From the NCBI GenBank assembly GCA_042216675.1, contig JBDGTS010000014.1:1-27491 (forward strand): a stretch of 27,491 nt of DNA, in the 5' to 3' direction. The notes beneath the pieces are model-generated. The model did no database searches. It was not told where the DNA came from and saw nothing but the letters and a program-made list of their open reading frames with translations. Source of the DNA: Halobacteriaceae archaeon. Its GTDB lineage: Archaea; Halobacteriota; Halobacteria; Halobacteriales; Halobacteriaceae. Each line of letters starts with the position of its first letter. The stretch's first letter is position 1. Positions 7,976-16,573 of the stretch are shown here, in pieces. A program made the translations under genes and the position numbers.

Positions 7976-8783
7976 CCGGCGGCAGGTCGAGGCGCGCTTC
8001 GACGCCCTCGTGCGCGAGAACCGCTTCACCATCGCCGTGGTCTTCCCCCTCGTCGGCACGGCGTTGCTCGTCGCCAGCGCCGAAGGTTGGGTCGGTGAGC
8101 CGTGGCGCTTCAACCCGGCTCTCGTCCTCGCGGGGACGTTCGTGATGCGCGCGCCCCTGCTGGCCGGCATCGCGCCCCTCGTCGGCCGGCGCGAGGCGGC
8201 GGGGCTGGTCGCGCTGACGGCCTACACCTACGCCGTCGAGATCGTGGGCGTCACGACGGGGTTCCCCTACGGCGAGTTCACGTACGGCGTCTCGCTCGGG
8301 CCGATGATCGGGGGTGTTCCCGCCGCACTTCCCGTCTTCTTCTTCCCGCTGGTGTTGAACAGCTACCTGCTCGTGCTGTTGCTCGACGGGGGGCGCTCGA
8401 CGCGGTTGGTCCGAGCGCTCGCCGCCGTCGCCGTCGTCGTCGGCGTGGACCTCGTGCTCGACCCCGGCGCGGTTGCACTCGGCTTCTGGAGGTACGGGGC
8501 TGGGGGCGCCTACTACGGGGTCCCCATCTCGAACTACGCGGGGTGGCTCCTGAGCGCCGGCGTCGCCGTCGCCATCGTCGAAGCGACGTTCGACGCCCAC
8601 GCGGTTCGCGAGCGGCTCGGGGCCTGCGAGTTCGCGCTCGACGACTTGGTGAGCTTCGTCCTCCTCTGGGGGACCGTGAACGTCGCCTACGGCAACTGGA
8701 CGGCGGTGGCCGTCGCGGGCGCGTTTCTCGCGGCGCTGATTCGCGCGAATCGCTTCGACTTCCGAGTCGCTCGGCCCGCCTGA
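7968..8783 (+). CDS. cruF: Bisanhydrobacterioruberin hydratase
   Basis: ENRFTIAVVFP, EIVGVTTGFPYGEFTY, DLVLDPGAV, YYGVPISNYAGW, ALDDLVSF. Confidence 0.9.
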   Translation: MADRRQVEARFDALVRENRFTIAVVFPLVGTALLVASAEGWVGEPWRFNPALVLAGTFVMRAPLLAGIAPLVGRREAAGLVALTAYTYAVEIVGVTTGFPYGEFTYGVSLGPMIGGVPAALPVFFFPLVLNSYLLVLLLDGGRSTRLVRALAAVAVVVGVDLVLDPGAVALGFWRYGAGGAYYGVPISNYAGWLLSAGVAVAIVEATFDAHAVRERLGACEFALDDLVSFVLLWGTVNVAYGNWTAVAVAGAFLAALIRANRFDFRVARPA

Positions 8784-8784
8784 C

Positions 8785-9732
8785 TCAGGTCATCGGGTCG
8801 AAACTCCCGGCGCCGAGGGTCCGTGGCGTGGCCGGGTCGACGGCCGTGACGCGGTGGAACACCGTCTCGGGGTCCCGCGACCGGAGCCAGTGGTAGCCAG
8901 TGCGGGCGACGAGCGACAGTTTCCGCGCCGTCGAGAGCGTGGGTCGCTCGGAGAGCGTGTCACAGTTCAGGCCCCGAATCAGTCGGTGGTGGTCGGCGTA
9001 CAGCACCGCGGCCAGCAGGACCGGGAAACGACAGTCCGGCGGCAGGAACTTGATGCCGGCGACGCCGTGTCGGTAGCGCTCCTCGGTGTGTGCCAACAGA
9101 TCACGCATCGCCGCGCGGAACTCCGGCGAGGGCTCCAGCGCCTCGATTTGGGAGACAGTGGCGTCGTGGCGGTCCAGCGTCTCCCGCGGGAGGTAGATGC
9201 GGTCCCTGTCCACCACGTCCTCGCGCACGTCGCGCAGGAAGTTCGTCAACTGGAACGCCTCGCCGAGCGCTCGGGCGTGGGGGAGCGCCATCGCCTCGTC
9301 CTCGGGGTCCATCACCGCGGTCATCATGTTCGCGACGGCGACGGCCGACCCGCGCATGTACGCTTCGAGTTCGGCGAGGGTGTCGTAGCGCGCCGTCGAC
9401 ACGTCCTGCTCCATCGCGTCCATGAACCGCTCGACCTCCGCCGCGGGGATGTCGTGCTCTCGTCGCGTCTCGTGAAACGCCGCCAGCACCGGGTCCTCGG
9501 GACGCGTCTCGCCCAACACCGCCTCGCGAATCTCGGCGAGGCGCTCTCGCTGGGCCGCCGCCGACGCGTCGCCGGCGTCGTCGACAACCTCGTCGGCCAC
9601 CCGGAAGAAGCCGTAGAGCGCGTAGGTCGCCGTTCGCACGCGGCGGGGGAGAAACTTCGTCGCCACGTAGAACGTTTTCCCGGTCCGGCGGTGGATCGCC
9701 TTGCTCGTGGCGACCTGACTGGATTGTGGCAT
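8785..9732 (-). CDS. crtB: Phytoene synthase
   Basis: TGKTFYVAT, FFRVADEVVD, AFQLTNFLRDVREDVVDRDRIYLP. ATG at 9732 has an AT-rich box upstream. Confidence 0.93.
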   Translation of the reverse strand: MPQSSQVATSKAIHRRTGKTFYVATKFLPRRVRTATYALYGFFRVADEVVDDAGDASAAAQRERLAEIREAVLGETRPEDPVLAAFHETRREHDIPAAEVERFMDAMEQDVSTARYDTLAELEAYMRGSAVAVANMMTAVMDPEDEAMALPHARALGEAFQLTNFLRDVREDVVDRDRIYLPRETLDRHDATVSQIEALEPSPEFRAAMRDLLAHTEERYRHGVAGIKFLPPDCRFPVLLAAVLYADHHRLIRGLNCDTLSERPTLSTARKLSLVARTGYHWLRSRDPETVFHRVTAVDPATPRTLGAGSFDPMT

Positions 9733-9795
9733 ACGGACTCTTCTCAAAGACGACCGGCACGCTCTTAGTATTAATCGTCGGAGAACTCGCCGCAC

Positions 9796-10650
9796 CTAGT
9801 AGTCCGCCGTCACGGTCGTGGACGACAGCGCGTCCAGCGCGCCGGTGACGGTGTAGCTCGGCGTCTCGACCCGAATCTCGGCGCTAGGGTCGTCGATGCG
9901 AAGCTGGAGGCGGTAGGCGCCGTCGCGCTCGATTTTCGTCGCCTCGGTGTAGTCGGTCCCGACGCGGTAGGCCCACGCCGTCTTGCCCGCGTCGGATGCG
10001 TCGGTGCGGCCCTCGATGTACGTCGGCGCGGGGAGCGAGGACACCTGCTGGCCGGCGACGGGGTAATTGAAGTCCTGCAGCCACGGCGCGAACCCCTCGT
10101 CGATGACGTACACCTCCTCGAAGCCGTACTGCTGGAGCTCCGCCGCGCGGATGGAGGACTGGTGGTGCGGGCAGGTGCAGTAACACACTACCCGGTCGCC
10201 CGTGTCCCACTCGGCAATCGGCGTGCCGTCGATGGCGGTGTTGTAGGGACTGGAGACGGCGCCGTAGATGTGCGAGCGCTCGTAGAACGTCCGGGGTCGG
10301 GCGTCGACGAAGCGCGCCTCGCCGCGTGCGTACCAGTTGTAGGCGACTTCGATGGGCGCGAGCGTCACCGTCACCGTCTCGGAGGCGTTCATGATGCTCC
10401 CGCCGCCGACGTTGTAGGGCGAGAAGGTGGCCTGACTCACGTCCGCCGCCTTCGGCTGTTCGTCGAAGTCCGGAGGATACCCGTCGTTCGGGGACTGGTC
10501 AGCCGGGAGCGAGTCGCCCTGCCGCGGCCCGGGCGACGTCGGGACGTTCGATCCGTCCGTGCCGCCCTGTCCGCCGAGGACGCCCGCACAGCCCGCGAGC
10601 GCGCCGGCGCCGGCGACGCCTGCGGCCGCGAGGAAGGTCCGCCGATCCAT
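9796..10650 (-). CDS. Tat-exported lipoprotein with rhodanese-like domain
   Basis: MDRRTFLAA twin-arginine motif and LAGC lipobox; rhodanese motifs FVDAR, HIYGAVS, VCYCTCPHHQS and IDEGFAPW. Confidence 0.82.
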   Translation of the reverse strand: MDRRTFLAAAGVAGAGALAGCAGVLGGQGGTDGSNVPTSPGPRQGDSLPADQSPNDGYPPDFDEQPKAADVSQATFSPYNVGGGSIMNASETVTVTLAPIEVAYNWYARGEARFVDARPRTFYERSHIYGAVSSPYNTAIDGTPIAEWDTGDRVVCYCTCPHHQSSIRAAELQQYGFEEVYVIDEGFAPWLQDFNYPVAGQQVSSLPAPTYIEGRTDASDAGKTAWAYRVGTDYTEATKIERDGAYRLQLRIDDPSAEIRVETPSYTVTGALDALSSTTVTADY

Positions 10651-10692
10651 ACTCGCTGTTGGCTACTGGCGAGGAAAAGCGTGTCGTCCCGG

Positions 10693-11130
10693 TCAGTCGC
10701 CGTCGAGACGCACCGTCAGCACGGGCACCGACGCCTCGTTGGTCACGCGGTCCGCGACGCTCCCGAGCGTGGCCGGCCGGTCCCGGTCGGTGGGGTCGTG
10801 GGTCCCCATCACCACGAGGTCGATATCCGCCTCGTCGGCGTAAGTGAGAACTTCGCGGCCGGGAACGCCCTGCCGGACCTCGCTGACGGCGTCGAGTCCC
10901 GCCTCGGCGGCCCTGTCGGCCACCCGCGACACCGCGCGCTCGCCCTCCTGCCGGAGTTCCTCGATGACGTCGTCTTGGCGCTCCTTCTCGGATGCGAGGT
11001 AGAGGCGCTTGTTCACGACGTAGAGCCCGTGGACCGTCGCATCGTGGTCGCCCGCGATGGTGATGGCGTGGTCGAGCACCTCGTCCATCTCGTCGCCGCC
11101 GTCCGTCGGAACGAGGACGTCGTCGTACAT
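10693..11130 (-). CDS. Universal stress protein (UspA family)
   Basis: MYDDVLVPTDG...IDLVVMGTH...LGSVADRV...VPVLTV. Confidence 0.92.
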   Translation of the reverse strand: MYDDVLVPTDGGDEMDEVLDHAITIAGDHDATVHGLYVVNKRLYLASEKERQDDVIEELRQEGERAVSRVADRAAEAGLDAVSEVRQGVPGREVLTYADEADIDLVVMGTHDPTDRDRPATLGSVADRVTNEASVPVLTVRLDGD

Positions 11131-11212
11131 CGTGTGCTCCCTTCTCACCCCCGGGGGTAAAGTGTGTCGCCGTCTGGCACAGATTTAAGTAAAGAGGTGC
11201 GTCTCTCCGAAC

Positions 11213-11485
11213 GTGTCCGGGTTCCGGTTCGCCGCACGGGTCGTCATCGCGGGGGCGTGGTGTCTGTTCGGGGGGCTCGCGCTGGCCGTCGTCGCGAGTC
11301 GCGTGGGCGACGCCGCGACGAGCGACGCGGACGCGGCCGGCCTCTCGGCCACGGGCGTCAACGTCGGCGCACTGGTGACGGCGTCGCTCGCGGGCGTCTA
11401 CGAGGCGGGCGCGTTCGCCATCGGCTTCGGCGCCGCTCTCGTCCTCGTCGGTGGGCGTCTGTTCTTCGGGCGCCGCCCGGTCTGA
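11213..11485 (+). CDS. Small hypothetical membrane protein
   Basis: 90 aa with 2-3 hydrophobic segments; GTG start with TTTAAG about 25-30 nt upstream. Confidence 0.55.
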   Translation: MSGFRFAARVVIAGAWCLFGGLALAVVASRVGDAATSDADAAGLSATGVNVGALVTASLAGVYEAGAFAIGFGAALVLVGGRLFFGRRPV

Positions 11486-11523
11486 CCGCCGGTTACTTGT
11501 GGGTCCCCCGCGACGACGCCGAC

Positions 11524-12009
11524 GTGACACGACTCGGCACGCCACGGCGCCGGTTCGCCCGGTACGCGGGCCTCGTCTGCCTGCTCGCGGGCCTGTTCCT
11601 CGTCGCGGGTGGCCTGTGGAACGTCCTCGGGAGCGCCCTCGCCGAGGCCGGTGTGCCGGCCCCCCACGTCATCGCGGGCGTCGCGAGTGCGCTTCTCGCG
11701 CCCGGTGTCCTCCTCGTCGCCGTCACCCGAATCGCCACTCCCCGCGTGACGCGCGTCGGCGCTTGTGGGGCCGCCCTCGCCGTCGTCGGGGTGGCGCTCG
11801 CGGTGCCGGTCCGGACTCGTCCGCTCGGCGTCGCTGGCTACACCCTCGGCGTCCTCGTCGTCGTCTCGACGCTCGTGGCCGCCGAACGGCTTCTCGACTC
11901 GCCGTCCGTGGCGTGGCGGGCGTCAGAGACAGACGCCGAGGCACGCGCCACGCCCGCCGACGGCGGCGAGGCGGACGACGACTTGCAGTTCCACCTCGAC
12001 GAGGAGTGA
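11524..12009 (+). CDS. Hypothetical membrane protein (about 4 TM) with acidic C-terminal tail
   Basis: 3' part of ORF 11164..12009: four hydrophobic helices followed by ADGGEADDDLQFHLDEE. Start (GTG 11524) is uncertain. Confidence 0.6.
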   Translation: MTRLGTPRRRFARYAGLVCLLAGLFLVAGGLWNVLGSALAEAGVPAPHVIAGVASALLAPGVLLVAVTRIATPRVTRVGACGAALAVVGVALAVPVRTRPLGVAGYTLGVLVVVSTLVAAERLLDSPSVAWRASETDAEARATPADGGEADDDLQFHLDEE

Positions 12010-12052
12010 CGCGACGCGAATCCATATCCTTCTCCGGCGCGTAGACGAGGGT

Positions 12053-12436
12053 ATGAGCGAGACACCCGACAGCGACGCGGAGTGGCGCGAGAAACTGAGC
12101 GACGAGGAGTACCACGTCCTGCGCGAGCGTGGCACCGAACCGAAGTTCAGCGGCGACTTGCTCGAACTGGAGGACGGCGAGTACGTCTGTGCCGGCTGTG
12201 GGAATCCGCTGTTCGACGCCGAGACGCGCTACGAGGCCGGACACGGCTGGCCATCTTTCTTCGACGCGAAAGAGGGCGCCGTGGAGTTCCGCGAGGACAC
12301 CAGCCACGGCATGCGGCGCACGGAAGTCGTCTGCGCGGAGTGCGAGGGGCACCTCGGCCACGTGTTCGAAGACGGCCCGGACCCGACGGGCAAGCGCTTC
12401 TGCATCAACGCGGCGGCGCTCGACCCCGACGACTAG
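12053..12436 (+). CDS. msrB: Peptide-methionine (R)-S-oxide reductase
   Basis: EEYHVLRERGTEPKFSG, CAGC, GWPSF, RTEVVCAECEGHLGHVFEDGPDPTGKRFCIN. Confidence 0.96.
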   Translation: MSETPDSDAEWREKLSDEEYHVLRERGTEPKFSGDLLELEDGEYVCAGCGNPLFDAETRYEAGHGWPSFFDAKEGAVEFREDTSHGMRRTEVVCAECEGHLGHVFEDGPDPTGKRFCINAAALDPDD

Positions 12437-12879
12437 TCGGCGTGGCGCACGATGAACACGTCGTACTGCGGGTCCTCCGAGATGGGGTTCCCGACGCTCG
12501 TGAGCGGCGTCGAGACGCGGCCCGCGTTCTCGCTTCCGACGAACAGCACCGTCGCGCCCACCTCGGCGGCGGCCTGACGGATGGCGCGTGTCACGTCCAT
12601 CGCGATAGTGGCGACGGGGTCCGTGTTCTCCGTCACCTCGTGGCGGAAGTCCGCGTCGGGCGCCACTTCCGCCACCTGCCCCTCGAGGCGTCCGGCGACG
12701 CGTTCGACGGCGAACGGTTCGTCCGAGCGCACCCAGCCACGCTCTCTCGCGTAGTCGGGGTCGTCGGGAATCACCGTCAGCGCAACGAGGTCCTGCCCGG
12801 CGTAGCCGGCGAACTCCGCGGCGCGTTCGAGCGCCGCCACCGAGAGGTCCGATCCGTCGAAGGGAACCAGAAACGTCAT
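12433..12879 (-). CDS. Universal stress protein (UspA family)
   Basis: MTFLVPFDGSDLSVAALERA...VGSENAGRV...DVFIVR. Confidence 0.85.
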   Translation of the reverse strand: MTFLVPFDGSDLSVAALERAAEFAGYAGQDLVALTVIPDDPDYARERGWVRSDEPFAVERVAGRLEGQVAEVAPDADFRHEVTENTDPVATIAMDVTRAIRQAAAEVGATVLFVGSENAGRVSTPLTSVGNPISEDPQYDVFIVRHAD

Positions 12880-12976
12880 CGCCGGAACGTTGGGCCACCG
12901 CGACCTTGAGTGTGGCCCCGCCACCAACGTTTATCTGGGAAAATCACGTACCTTCATCCGAGACGGGTGATCAACC

Positions 12977-13354
12977 GTGCCCGCGACACAGTACAGCGAA
13001 TGGACGAGTGGCATCGTCGCGCTAGGTGGCCTGTGGGCCGTCGCCACGCCGTACGTGGTCGGCCAGCCCAGATACGCCGTCCCGCTCAACGTCACGTTCG
13101 GGGCGCTCCTCGCCGTCGCCGCGGGCTACTACGCCTTCATGGCCGCCAGCGACGAGGAGCCGTACCGGGGCGCGTCCGGACTCGCCGTCATCTGTGGCGT
13201 CGGCCTCGTCGTGACGCCGTTCCTCATCGACGCGGGGACGACGTACGTGATGGGCAACGTCGTCGTCGGCGCCGTCGGAGCACTCGTCCACGCCTACGAG
13301 GTGCTCTCCGGTGCGGGGCGTGCGGAGTTCCTCACCGGAATGGCGGCGTCCTGA
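12977..13354 (+). CDS. SPW-repeat-like small membrane protein
   Basis: Two internal repeats: GLWAVATPYVVG...NVTFG and GVGLVVTPFLI...NVVVG. Confidence 0.65.
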   Translation: MPATQYSEWTSGIVALGGLWAVATPYVVGQPRYAVPLNVTFGALLAVAAGYYAFMAASDEEPYRGASGLAVICGVGLVVTPFLIDAGTTYVMGNVVVGAVGALVHAYEVLSGAGRAEFLTGMAAS

Positions 13355-13393
13355 CGCGCCGGCTATTTCCGTCCCGATGCTGCGGATAGCGCC

Positions 13394-14519
13394 ATGGAGA
13401 CGTGGCGCTCTCGCACCGTCGTCGCAGTTCTGCTGAGTACGCTCGTCGCGCCGCTGGGGGTGCCACTCGTCAGTCCGGCGCTTCCCGTCGTGCGCGACGC
13501 GTTCGGTCTCACGGACGCTGCGGCGAGTCTCCTCGTGTCCGCGTACTTCCTCCCCGGCATCGTCCTCGCGCCGTTCGTCGGGGCGTTCGCTGACCGCGTG
13601 GGGCCGCGCCGCGTCCTCGTCGGGTCGCTCGTCGGGTTCGGCACGGCGGGGGGCGCCATCGCCGCGGCCCCCTCCTTCCCGGTGGCGCTCGCGATTCGCG
13701 TCGTCCAGGGCGTGGCCGCGACGGGTATCTTCGTCACCACCGTCGTCAGCCTCAGCGCGCGCTTCGAGGGCGCGACGCGGCGGGCCGTCCTCGGCTGGAA
13801 CGTCGCGGCGCTGTCGGCGGGCGCGGCCGTCTACCCCGTCCTCGGCGGGGCGCTCGCCGCAGTCTCGTGGAACGCGCCGTTTCTCGTCTACCTCGTCGCG
13901 CTCCCGGGTGCGTTCGTCGTCCACCGCTTCGTCGAAGCGGAGACGGCGGCCGTCGTCGGGCCGGGTCCGCGCCGCCCTCCGAAACGCGGCGAGCGTCGGA
14001 CGCGGACCGCTGTATCTCACCGCGTTTCTGACGGACGCATTCCTCCTCGGCGTCGTGCTGACGATGGTGCCGTTTCTCCTCGCCGGCGAGTTCGGTCTCT
14101 CTTCCGTGGGCGTCGGTGCCGTCGTCACCGCGGCGATGGCCACCTCCTTCGCCGTCTCACTGCTGAGTGGCCGTCTCGTCCGCCGCGTCCCGAACGTGAC
14201 GCTCCTCGGTGTGGGCCACGCCTGCTACGCCGTCGGGATGGCAGGCGTCTGGCTCGCGGGGTCCCCGCTCGCCGTCGCGGGGGCCGTCGTCGTCCACGGT
14301 GCTGGCGTGGGCCTCTCGCTCCCCGCCGTCGACGCCGCCATCAGCGAGCGCACGGCCCCCGAGACGCGCGCCGGGGCGCTTGGCCTCCGCGTCAGCACCT
14401 CCTTCGCGGGGCGCACGCTCGGCCCGGTGGCGTTCGCGGCCCTCGGCGGCATGGACGCGTTGCTCGGGGGCGTCGGAATCGCGGTTCTGGGACTCGTCGC
14501 CGTCGTGGGCGGCCGTTAG
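13394..14519 (+). pseudogene. MFS transporter split by a single-base frameshift near 13935 (pseudogene or sequence error)
   Basis: N-half is in frame 13394 (SPALP, GAFADRVGPRR motif A, RVVQG, GGALAAVSW). C-half is in frame 13908 (LSGRLVRR, RAGALG, GRTLGP). The join would give about 374 aa. Confidence 0.8.
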
Positions 14520-15130
14520 ACGACGCGGCCGAAGGCGAGCGTTCCGCTCACGCTCTCGATGAGTGCGTCGACGGTGTCGCCCTCGCGGGCGCCCGAGACG
14601 AAGATCGTGTAGCGGCCACGCTCCGCCACGCCGTCGCCCTTCCGGCCGGTGCCGGTGATTCTGACCTCGTAGGTCGTCCCCTCCTCGATTTCCGGGCCGT
14701 CCTCGCTCCCGCCGGTGGCGGCGGACTGCTTCTCGACGGGGCGGAACGCGCCACACGCCTCACACCGGAGCATGTCGACGCCGTCCTCGGTGACGAGGTT
14801 CGTGTCCGGAAGGCCACACTCCGAGCAGGTGACGAACTCGGCGACGTAGCGCTCCACGGCGGCGTCGAAGTCCGGGCCGTCGAATGACCCGTTGTACCGC
14901 GCGCGCTGACCGTCGAACTGGCCGTTCGTGCCGAGTTCGCGCTGGACGAAGCGGTGGAGGTGTTCGGCCTCGCGCGAGAGTGCGTCGGCGACGGAGACGA
15001 CGTTCGTGAACCGCGTAAACGCGCCGTCCACCTGCGCGGCCGCGTCGGGAACCGACAGTCGCGTCTCGTCCGCGGCGGGTCGCTCCGGCAACCGCTCGTG
15101 TGCGCGGTCGAGTGCCTGATCGTAGTCCAT
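14516..15130 (-). CDS. eif2b: Archaeal translation initiation factor 2 subunit beta, with C-terminal TRAM domain
   Basis: MDYDQALDRA, RELGTNG, CSECGLPDT...CEACGA Zn ribbon; TRAM-like YEVRITGTGRKGDGVAERGRYTIFVSGA. Confidence 0.92.
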   Translation of the reverse strand: MDYDQALDRAHERLPERPAADETRLSVPDAAAQVDGAFTRFTNVVSVADALSREAEHLHRFVQRELGTNGQFDGQRARYNGSFDGPDFDAAVERYVAEFVTCSECGLPDTNLVTEDGVDMLRCEACGAFRPVEKQSAATGGSEDGPEIEEGTTYEVRITGTGRKGDGVAERGRYTIFVSGAREGDTVDALIESVSGTLAFGRVV

Positions 15131-15176
15131 ACGGCGATGAGGGGCTGTGGGCGTAAAGCCCCTCCGAGACGGTCCC

Positions 15177-15371
15177 TCAGTGCTCCGGCCCGATTGCCTT
15201 CACGCGGCCCTCCGCGCCGGACTCGAGTTTCACGAGGATGCCCTCGGGGTGGGTCCGCTCGTCGGTGAGGATGGTCCCGACTTCGCCGACGATTCGGTCG
15301 CCGTCGGGCTGTTCGATTTCGACGGTCTGGCCGCGCCGAATCTCACGCCGCGTCGGTAGGTCAGCGGACAT
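15177..15371 (-). CDS. YwbE (DUF2196)-like small protein
   Basis: MSADLPTRREIRRGQTVEIEQ...GEVGTILT...HPEGILVKLESGAEGRVKAI resembles the YwbE HPHGIKV...GRV pattern. Confidence 0.78.
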   Translation of the reverse strand: MSADLPTRREIRRGQTVEIEQPDGDRIVGEVGTILTDERTHPEGILVKLESGAEGRVKAIGPEH

Positions 15372-15468
15372 CGGTCGTCCCCGCGCCCGCCACCCGAATA
15401 GTACCTCGGCCAAACGTGTGAAGTCGGTAGGTCGCTCGCTTAACTTGTCCGCGGCGCTCTCGCCGGAC

Positions 15469-16518
15469 ATGGAGCGACCGCCGGGATACGCACACGAGAC
15501 GGGCCGCGACTGCGGCGCGGCGGCGGTCCGCGACCTGCTCGCGTACCACGAGTGGCGCTGGCCCACGACGGAGGCGCCCGCCGACTGGGACCTGACCGAG
15601 GCCGCGGTGTTCGCTCTCGGGTCCGGCATCGGGTCGATAGCCTACGAGACGGACGACGGGTGGACCCGCTTCTGCGGCCGGACGCCGTGGCTCGTGGCGA
15701 ACGTCTTCGCCGCCCTCGACGTCCAGCACCTCGACAGCCGCGGGGACGACTGGGAGACGGCGCTCGGCGACGTGACCGCCCGCCTCGACGACGCCGACCC
15801 GTCCCTGCTCTTTCTCGACCCGGCGTCGCTGGACCGGGCGCTCGGCCGCACGCACCAGCAGCCACACGTCGTGGCCGCCCTCGACTACGACGACGAGAGC
15901 GTCCTCGTCGCTGACCCCGCGGCGACACAGCCACTCGAACTGTCCCACGAGCGACTGCGCTCCGCGTGGACGGTGCCCGCACCCTTCGAGTCGACGAACC
16001 GTCACCTCACCGTGCAGGACGTGTCGGTGGGCGTCGACCGGGAGACGGCGGCCAGCCGTGCCGTCCGGCGGACGCTCGGCTACATGCTCGACACCCCGGA
16101 GCGCGACGACCGGACGTGGGGCACGCGGGGCACGCACGGCACCGACGCCGTTCGCGACTTCGCCGACGAGGTGGCGCGGTGGCCCACGCTCGACCCGGAG
16201 ACGGCCGACGACGCCATCGGCGCCGCCTGCCGGGCCATCGCCGGCGAGGCGGACGCGGCCGCCCACCGGCGCCTGTACGCCGAGGGACTGGACCGCATCG
16301 GTCCCGCGGCCGGGCTGGCGGCGTCGTGGGCCAACCGGGCACACGACATCGCCGACGAGTGGGCGGCCATCGGCGACGAGTTCATCGCGGCCTACGACGC
16401 CGACGCCGGGAGCACGACCCGCGAGGAACACGTCGAGGCGGCGGCGAGCGCTCTCGGCGCCGTCGCGGAGGACGAGGCGCGCTTCTTCGCGGACGTGCGC
16501 GAGCAGTTTCGGGCCTGA
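15469..16518 (+). CDS. BtrH N-terminal / DUF4872-like protein (papain/C39-like fold)
   Basis: GYAHETGRDCG...RDLL, LTEAAVFALGSGIG, HVVAALDYDDESVLVADP, LRSAW, RRLYAEGL. Confidence 0.7.
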   Translation: MERPPGYAHETGRDCGAAAVRDLLAYHEWRWPTTEAPADWDLTEAAVFALGSGIGSIAYETDDGWTRFCGRTPWLVANVFAALDVQHLDSRGDDWETALGDVTARLDDADPSLLFLDPASLDRALGRTHQQPHVVAALDYDDESVLVADPAATQPLELSHERLRSAWTVPAPFESTNRHLTVQDVSVGVDRETAASRAVRRTLGYMLDTPERDDRTWGTRGTHGTDAVRDFADEVARWPTLDPETADDAIGAACRAIAGEADAAAHRRLYAEGLDRIGPAAGLAASWANRAHDIADEWAAIGDEFIAAYDADAGSTTREEHVEAAASALGAVAEDEARFFADVREQFRA

Positions 16519-16544
16519 GTCCCGTTACCACGCGTCGCCGTCCA

Positions 16545-16550
16545 TTTAAG
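16545..16550 (+). promoter_or_regulatory. TATA-like box (TTTAAG) for aIF1A
   Basis: Lies 24-29 nt upstream of the GTG start at 16574. Confidence 0.6.
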
Positions 16551-16573
16551 TCGCTGCGTCCCCTCCTCGTAGT

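Noticed and set aside
13990-14887. C-terminal half of the 497-aa ORF 13394..14887
   Set aside because: Out-of-frame Arg-rich sequence after the frameshift; the true MFS continuation is in the 13908 frame.
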